From an uncultured virus (IMG/VR IMGVR_UViG_3300007523_000006) (lineage: Duplodnaviria; Heunggongvirae; Uroviricota; Caudoviricetes), in the IMG/VR virus record IMGVR_UViG_3300007523_000006, positions 1 through 64,000 of that record: a stretch of 64,000 nt of DNA, one strand, 5' to 3'. Each line of letters opens with the position of its first letter. Position 1 is the stretch's first letter. The translations under genes were made by a program, and so were the position numbers. The notes beneath the pieces are model-generated. The model saw only the letters and a program-made list of their open reading frames with translations. It ran no database searches and was not told the origin of the DNA. This document shows positions 57,677 through 64,000 of the stretch, one piece after another.

Positions 57677-58894
57677 ATGGCATCAAAACGTGGTATTCGT
57701 AAACGGAACGAGCGTATCGTCCGTCAAAAACTCGAACAGGAGTCAAACATGGCTGAAAACAAGTTGACCGGAAATGTAGGTCGCACTTCGGTAGCCGATC
57801 TGATACTAGCCCGTACTAGATTTCTTCACCCGGACAAACCTTCGATTCAGGTGGTACAACCTCAACCTGCGGCCCCTCTGGAGAAGCCCGGCGACAAACC
57901 TGTGGCTGCATCTCCGGCACTTCAGGACACCGCTCCAGTTGCAGTTGATCCAATCATCAGCAGCGTTCGTCACAAAGAGATGATCTTTCGTGAAGCCGAC
58001 GAGAATCGGGATCACTACCTCTTAAAGCAACTGGAAGACGGCGAAAAATTGCCGTGGTTTCGATACGTCCGCAAAGAGAGTCAATACTCCGAATTCGTCA
58101 TGCTCACAACAGAGATGGCGAAAGCAATGCTTCAGAGCGTCTGGACCGAGACGGAAGGCAACCGAAAGCTGAAAGTTTGGCTGAAAGATGCCTACAAGCG
58201 AGACATTGATAATGATCGCTGGATTCCCTCTGACGAATCGATTGGTATCGACTTCAATGGTGTTGTATACAATGGACGGCATCGACTCACGGCACTCGTG
58301 GAATCGGGCAAAGAATGGCCGTTCTACGTCACTTTCAATTGCTTGGAAGAGGCCAAGTTCACGGTTGATTCCGGGGCGAAACGCAACTCAGCAGAGAAGT
58401 TACGTCTCGTGATCGACACCAAGCTGGGAAATCGAACCACTGGCTTCTGCAAGGCTATCATGAAAGGTCTTCAGAGCAAGGTTCGTTACACAGAGACGGA
58501 AATCGCTGAATTTGCACACAAGTGGCAGGATTTAATTGCCTGGATCAGTAGCAACTTGCCAGTCGCACGAGCCGAAGTTCAAGCGGCAATTGCAAAAGCA
58601 TATCTGTGGTATGGCCCGGAAAAAATCGAACTGTTTGCCGAACGTCTTCGGGAAGTGAAATTCACGGAAGATGGTGATCCAGCACGAGCGTTGTATTTGG
58701 CTCTCACCAAGGCGAAAATCAATCGCATCAACGTCGCATTGGTTGCTTACAAAAAGACGCTGGCAAGCGTTGAGGCTACGGTGACAAACAAGCCGCTTTC
58801 CCGTCTGTATGAGCGAGACGAGGACATTTTCCAGTGGCAAGAAGGCTGGGAACTCCCGCAAGGATCGTGGTGGGAAGCCCAACCAAAAGAGTAA
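57677..58894 (+). CDS. ParB/Srx-like nuclease-fold protein
   Basis: NR.L....Y..D....W....ESIGID..G...NGRHRLTAL, DSGAKR; start 57677 or 57749. Confidence 0.75.
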   Translation: MASKRGIRKRNERIVRQKLEQESNMAENKLTGNVGRTSVADLILARTRFLHPDKPSIQVVQPQPAAPLEKPGDKPVAASPALQDTAPVAVDPIISSVRHKEMIFREADENRDHYLLKQLEDGEKLPWFRYVRKESQYSEFVMLTTEMAKAMLQSVWTETEGNRKLKVWLKDAYKRDIDNDRWIPSDESIGIDFNGVVYNGRHRLTALVESGKEWPFYVTFNCLEEAKFTVDSGAKRNSAEKLRLVIDTKLGNRTTGFCKAIMKGLQSKVRYTETEIAEFAHKWQDLIAWISSNLPVARAEVQAAIAKAYLWYGPEKIELFAERLREVKFTEDGDPARALYLALTKAKINRINVALVAYKKTLASVEATVTNKPLSRLYERDEDIFQWQEGWELPQGSWWEAQPKE

Positions 58895-58902
58895 AATATA
58901 AA

Positions 58903-58937
58903 GGCTGGCCCGGAAATATCCGGGCCAGCTTCGTTTT
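58903..58937 (+). terminator. Rho-independent terminator
   Basis: GCTGGCCCGGA/TCCGGGCCAGC + T-rich tail. Confidence 0.8.
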
Positions 58938-58940
58938 GGG

Positions 58941-58969
58941 TTTACACTTCCTTATTTCCGTGGTAGAAT
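58941..58969 (+). promoter_or_regulatory. Promoter TTTACA-N17-TAGAAT with CGTGG extended -10
   Basis: Member of repeated motif. Confidence 0.8.
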
Positions 58970-59021
58970 ATTCCCAACACCGTGGAACTCGAATATCCCC
59001 AGGAATTAAGGGAAGAAAAAA

Positions 59022-60626
59022 ATGGCTAGTGCCAATAATGTCCTAACAGCGAAATTAGACTTTTGGGTAAAGCACAACAAGAATGTGCTTTTCATCGGAA
59101 AACATGGCGTCGGCAAGACTGCTATGATTAAGGACGCCTTTGATCGGCACGGCTTGAATTGGCGGTATTTTTCTGCATCTACGATGGACCCGTGGGTTGA
59201 CTTCATTGGAGTACCACGAGAAAAAACCGACAACAAGGTTCCCGAACAATTCGAGATCATTAAGGAACTAGCATCCATTGATTTGCCGCTTGCCTACGAG
59301 TGGGTCCAGAACAATTGGAAACTCAGCGACGAAGCGTCCAAGCGTGTCGTCGATCACGCTGTAAATCGCCAGCAAGGATTGACATATCTCGATCTGGTTC
59401 GTCCGCAAACTTTTGCCGCTGGTGAAGTCGAAGCGTTATTCTTCGACGAATATAATCGGTCGCCAAAGAAAGTCCGCAACGCCGTGATGGAACTGATTCA
59501 GTTCAAGTCCATCAATGGTATGAAGTTTCCAAACCTTCGTATCGTTTGGGCGGCAATCAACCCGGACGATGATGAAAACGAAACCTACGACGTTGAACGT
59601 CTCGACCCTGCTCAGGCCGACCGATACCATATCGCAGTTGAAGTACCTTATCGGCCAAATGCCGATTGGTTCCGAGGCGAATATGGTCAGCGTGTTGGTG
59701 ATGCTGCCATTCAGTGGTGGGACGACTTGTCGGAAGAAGAAAAAAACCGCATCAGCCCTCGTCGTCTTCAATATGCTCTCGACGTATATCGTGAGCGAGG
59801 GGATATGAGGGATGTGTTGCCTCTGACGGTAAATGTCAGCAAGCTGACCACGGCATTGAATACAGGACCGATCACCGAGAAGTTGGAACAGTTGATGAAG
59901 TCGAAGGACGTGGCCGAAGCACGAACCTTCCTGAACAACGAAAACAACTACACGGCGGCAATGAAGTTTATTCCGAAGTCGGAAACTTTGACGACATATT
60001 TCATCCCGTTGCTGCCGAAAGAAAAGATGGCAGCACTGATGAACGATGACGACAAGACTTGCAATTACATCATTACCAATACCGACAAAGTGCCGGTATT
60101 CAAAGATGTATGTAAGGAACTTATCAACGCCAACACCAATGTTAGACTCGCCAAGAAGATTCGCCGGGCGATGACGGAGAATCAAGATTTGGCTACAGCA
60201 TTCGCATCTGAGACAGATGCTTCAGTGCCACCGGCTGAATCGCATTTTAACAAAGTCAAGGCAGGAACAAAGTCCTGGAGTGATACCTTGACCGAATTGA
60301 AGACCGCTCCACAGGATACGTCACAACAGCGTATCCAAAATTACGACAAAATTGCATCCAGCATCCCGGAGAAGCAAACGGCAGACGAGGCATTGGCAAC
60401 ATTGGAAATTCTCAATGCAGTGTTTAGCGGCAATCAATTTGCCTCTAGTATCACTGCCAAACCTTTTGAAAAGCTAATGGGGATTGTGAACCACTGCATT
60501 GCAGAAATCCACCGGAACACCGGATCGGATTGGACTACAATTCTCAGTAAGCATGGCGTTCGCTTCAAGACTTTGTTGGAGAAGATTAAAGTCGGCGGAT
60601 TGTCTTCTCGGTTGTACACTCCATAA
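59022..60626 (+). CDS. MoxR-like AAA+ ATPase
   Basis: GKHGVGKT, FFDEYNR, AAINP, LDPAQADR. Confidence 0.9.
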   Translation: MASANNVLTAKLDFWVKHNKNVLFIGKHGVGKTAMIKDAFDRHGLNWRYFSASTMDPWVDFIGVPREKTDNKVPEQFEIIKELASIDLPLAYEWVQNNWKLSDEASKRVVDHAVNRQQGLTYLDLVRPQTFAAGEVEALFFDEYNRSPKKVRNAVMELIQFKSINGMKFPNLRIVWAAINPDDDENETYDVERLDPAQADRYHIAVEVPYRPNADWFRGEYGQRVGDAAIQWWDDLSEEEKNRISPRRLQYALDVYRERGDMRDVLPLTVNVSKLTTALNTGPITEKLEQLMKSKDVAEARTFLNNENNYTAAMKFIPKSETLTTYFIPLLPKEKMAALMNDDDKTCNYIITNTDKVPVFKDVCKELINANTNVRLAKKIRRAMTENQDLATAFASETDASVPPAESHFNKVKAGTKSWSDTLTELKTAPQDTSQQRIQNYDKIASSIPEKQTADEALATLEILNAVFSGNQFASSITAKPFEKLMGIVNHCIAEIHRNTGSDWTTILSKHGVRFKTLLEKIKVGGLSSRLYTP

Positions 60627-60630
60627 ACGA

Positions 60631-60693
60631 TATACAACCAGCATAAAACGTGGTACAATCAGAGGGCTGGCAGAACCAGCCCTCTGTTTCTTT
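60631..60693 (+). promoter_or_regulatory. Promoter TATACA-N17-TACAAT overlapped by terminator hairpin
   Basis: CGTGG extended -10; CAGAGGGCTGG/CCAGCCCTCTG + TTTCTTT. Confidence 0.7.
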
Positions 60694-60707
60694 AGGATGG
60701 ATGTAAT

Positions 60708-62129
60708 ATGATTGAAGCAAACGAAGGCGAATTGGATAGTGTTCCTGGGGTTGCCGAGGACGGCACCTTAGATGTTGCGTCATCCAACAAATACAAAGTC
60801 CGCATCTCAAATGAGGAATGGTTTGAGATCAGCCGAGCGCTCGAACCACACCATGCTGTATTTTACAAAGTATGGCAAATGGGTAAGCCAATTTTTAACG
60901 ATGAAATCGAGACTGCTGCTGTGCAGTTCGATGAAAATGGAAACTTCATTTGGTTCCATTTCAATCCTCACTTCTGGAAGAGGATGCAATTCAAAGACAA
61001 GTTATTCGTGATCTGTCACGAAGCGTTGCATATTGTCTTGAATCACGGACTCCGCACTAGAGATTGTGGTTCCAATCGTCGAGCCACAAACGTAGCCCTT
61101 GACGTTGTGGTGAACCACACGCTCGCCAACAACTTCGGATTTGAGCGAACCAACATCGAAGGTTGGGAAGACTATTGTTGGGTCGATACGGTATTCAAAG
61201 ATAAAAAGCCGCAACCGCCCGACAATGAAATGTACGAGCATTACTACAACCTCTTCGAGAAAGTCTATGGCGACGGCGGCATGGGCGATGGAGAAGGCGG
61301 CGGTCCAGGTCTTGTCGATGACCACGAAATGATGGGAGAGGGTTCTGATAAATGGGATAAGGTCATCGACCAACTGAATGAAGGCATGTCCGAGGAAGAG
61401 AAAGAATCTCTCAAGGCGACAGTCAATAAGCACTTTCAGAAAAATGAAACGAAGCCCGAGAAAAACCAACCGGCTGGAACTGGTACGGGTGGTCAATGGG
61501 TATTCACCAATGTCGGAAAAGTAAAGAAAAAATCGAAGTGGGAAACGGTCATCAAGAAGTGGAGTAGGAAATATCTGATCGACAAAGAAAAAGAAGTTGA
61601 GCAGTGGGCCAGACTTCAACGTCGAATGACTATGCTGCCAAGGAATATGTTCCTGCCAACTGACATGGAAGTCGAAGACAACGAAAAGGAAAAAACAAGG
61701 ATCGACGTGTGGTTTTATCTCGACACGTCAGGATCGTGTTGGGGATTGAAGGATCGTTTCTTTGAAGCGGCATTAAGCCTGCCTACAGAGTGATTTAATG
61801 TCCGTCTTTTCTGCTTCGATACCAAGGTTGAAGAAACCACCCTCGAAAGTCGTAAGGTATATGGGGGTGGCGGCACGACGTTCGATATTCTTGAATCTGA
61901 AATTCAGAATGAACTCCGCAAGGGTGGTGGCACAAAGAAAACCCTTGAAGGAAAAGAAGTGCCGATGATTACCAAATACCCGGAAGCTGTATTCGTCATC
62001 ACTGATGGATACGGCACTAACGTAAAGCCTGAAAAGCCTGACAACTGGTATTGGTTCATCACGGAAGGTGGCGTTAAATCTCACATCGACCGGGGATGTA
62101 ACTTCTATAAACTGGGTGATTTTGAATAA
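60708..62129 (+). CDS. Metallopeptidase-like + vWA protein (DUF2201 type) interrupted by in-frame TGA at 61791-61793
   Basis: HEALH, DTSGS before the stop; FDT, GGGGT, VITDG after it in the same frame up to TAA 62127-62129. Confidence 0.85.
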
Positions 62130-62138
62130 GAGGGCAAA

Positions 62139-63563
62139 ATGGACTTCACAGTATTCGACCATCGTGAGCATATGACGGCGCTCACATGGTTGGGTCGTAA
62201 AGACTGGATGCTCTATCGAGACATTCCAGCCCAACGAGCCATCAGCGCTAAACCCCGCAAATTGGTACTCAAGCCCAAACAGCTTCTCGCTCCTGGGCCT
62301 GAGTCACCTATTACTGTGGGCGAAAAAGAATTCAACCGCTACCCCGCAGAAATGTGGAAGGTATTACGGGAGATCATGAACGTCCTTGAATTCGACGTAG
62401 TGGGAACCCTATGGTACAACACCTTGGCTAAAGCATTGGCTGGTGGACCAAAGATTTTTCGACCGTCGCCGCTCCAATGTGAAGCATTGGAACACGCTGA
62501 AGCACGATATGCCTTCAAGGACTACAAGCAACCATTTCCGGTCATCACACTGGAGATACCGGAAGAATATCGTCAGCAACTTCAGCAAAAATATGGCATT
62601 GATGAATCGCCTCGATATGTTCTTGTCAACCATGATGACAAAAACCGATTCATTACTGTGAGTGCTTTTTACAACAAAGGAAATATCATTACGCATATTA
62701 CGCCTGATCGGGCTGAATATGCAACAATTGAAGAAAGTCTCGTTCGCAATCGAGATCGTCGTCAAGATGACGTACAAGAAGTATCGGCGGGCAAATTTTT
62801 AATGCCCGGCAATCCAGCTATTCAAGGTAGCACCGAGGGTGAATTCGATGCTGCTGAGAATGTACAACGACTCGGCATTAACTTCGCCATGATGATGTCG
62901 CTATACACAGTAAAAGTAGCCGGACCCTTGGATGCTAACAACTACAAGATTTGGCAACAAGAAGCAAGGGCAAAGCGAGGCGGTAGCGTTCCAACTCGGA
63001 GAGCAATGGAATCGCAGCAAAAGCTGGCGGCTACTATGCAACTCATTCAGTTCGACCAGAAAGTCGAATTCTATGACGAAGTTGAAGAACAAATCGAAGT
63101 GGCACAGGGAGTAGATATTGAAAGTTTGCACAAGTCTCCTAGATCTCACTGGAGACGTGGGCATTTTGCAATGCAACCTTTTGGCCTTGGTCGTCGTGAA
63201 CGAAGAATGATTTTTCGTAAGCCGCTATTGGTTAGAGCCAAATACTTCCTGGGAGATATTAAGGACGCAAGCGTCACTTACACAATTCATCCAGGACGAC
63301 CGGCTGCGCCATTGCCAGCACCGCCACCAGAAATGATGGTCAACACTCCAACTCAACTCCCTCCACCGGAGCCTGGGTTGAAGACTGGACAACGAATTGA
63401 AATCATTCAGGCAGAAGAATGTTCTGTCGGTCCTGGAACTCAGGGCAAGATCGTCAAGGTAGTTGATCTTGGATCGAACATGGTACAAATTGACGCATTG
63501 ACCGACGATGGGCAAAAATTCTCGCTAATTACCCCGCCAGATGAGTTCAAAATATCAGGATGA
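62139..63563 (+). CDS. Phage protein with SPRSHWRRGH motif and C-terminal DUF4314-like domain
   Basis: HWRRGHF; G.RIE....PGTQGKIV.V.D...DDG.KFSLI...D.F. Confidence 0.7.
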   Translation: MDFTVFDHREHMTALTWLGRKDWMLYRDIPAQRAISAKPRKLVLKPKQLLAPGPESPITVGEKEFNRYPAEMWKVLREIMNVLEFDVVGTLWYNTLAKALAGGPKIFRPSPLQCEALEHAEARYAFKDYKQPFPVITLEIPEEYRQQLQQKYGIDESPRYVLVNHDDKNRFITVSAFYNKGNIITHITPDRAEYATIEESLVRNRDRRQDDVQEVSAGKFLMPGNPAIQGSTEGEFDAAENVQRLGINFAMMMSLYTVKVAGPLDANNYKIWQQEARAKRGGSVPTRRAMESQQKLAATMQLIQFDQKVEFYDEVEEQIEVAQGVDIESLHKSPRSHWRRGHFAMQPFGLGRRERRMIFRKPLLVRAKYFLGDIKDASVTYTIHPGRPAAPLPAPPPEMMVNTPTQLPPPEPGLKTGQRIEIIQAEECSVGPGTQGKIVKVVDLGSNMVQIDALTDDGQKFSLITPPDEFKISG

Positions 63564-63569
63564 TCGATC

Positions 63570-64000
63570 ATGTGGAAATGGCCATTAAAAGAATTTTGTG
63601 ATGTTCCTATTGAGAAACATCCTGGTGCGTTCGGTGCCATAAGAACACATGATATTCATACTGGTGTTGATTTATATTGCAAAAACAAAGACCTTGTATT
63701 TGCTGTAGAAGATGGCACTGTCGTACTTGTGGATGACTTTACAGGAAAAATAACGAATACTCCTTGGTGGAACGACACAAAAGCTGTAATGATAGAAGGT
63801 GCGACAGGAGTTGTAAACTACGGCGAAATTGAGCCTTATTGTAAATTGAATCAAATTATAAAAAAAGGTGATTTAATTGGTTATGTCGTTCCTGTCTTGA
63901 AGTCAAAAAAAGAAAACATCCCAGGACATTCAGTTGCAATGCTTCATGTAGAACTATACAAACATGGCGTTCGCAATTTCGTTGACAAATGGGAACATGG
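63570..64000 (+). CDS. M23-family peptidase-like protein, runs off window end
   Basis: FGAIR..DIHTGVDLY, VFAVEDG, KGDLIG.V, MLHVELY; absent from ORF track because truncated. Confidence 0.8.
   Translation, partial: MWKWPLKEFCDVPIEKHPGAFGAIRTHDIHTGVDLYCKNKDLVFAVEDGTVVLVDDFTGKITNTPWWNDTKAVMIEGATGVVNYGEIEPYCKLNQIIKKGDLIGYVVPVLKSKKENIPGHSVAMLHVELYKHGVRNFVDKWEH

Noticed and set aside
59436..61619. Long antisense ORFs (249 aa, 205 aa)
   Set aside because: Opposite well-supported AAA and peptidase genes; no motifs
1..64000. Genome-wide stop-codon reassignment (TAG or TGA)
   Set aside because: Long conserved genes are intact under the standard code and end properly at TGA or TAG; only one in-frame TGA was found
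1..64000. tRNA or rRNA genes
   Set aside because: No cloverleaf with T-loop/D-loop consensus seen in intergenic gaps; tRNAscan-SE would be decisive

Overview
A gene-dense 64 kb stretch of what looks like a large, T4-like myovirus (jumbo phage) genome read with the standard genetic code. It carries a dispersed head-tail module: gp13-, gp14- and gp15-like neck/terminator genes, tail sheath, two tail-tube genes plus a truncated third copy, and a gp26/gp51-like chaperone pair with an apparent -1 frameshift. A gp55-like late sigma factor is also present. Accessory genes include glutamate dehydrogenase, NAMPT, a Nudix hydrolase, an ADP-heptose epimerase, an RfbA-like nucleotidyltransferase, six glycosyltransferase genes, two Dam-like methylases, trypsin/subtilisin/M23 peptidases, an McsA-like protein, a phiEco32-type COOH-NH2 ligase, prim-pol, ParB-like, AAA+ and vWA proteins. 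Hand reading found five further patterns: (i) a recurrent N-terminal motif resembling the T4 capsid-targeting sequence on about 13 unrelated proteins, (ii) two promoter classes, (iii) an RBS-masking hairpin before gdh, (iv) an in-frame TGA splitting a vWA domain, and (v) several gene remnants. No tRNA, rRNA or CRISPR array was recognised. All family calls come from motif recognition by eye, not database searches. A Planctomycetota host is only a weak inference.
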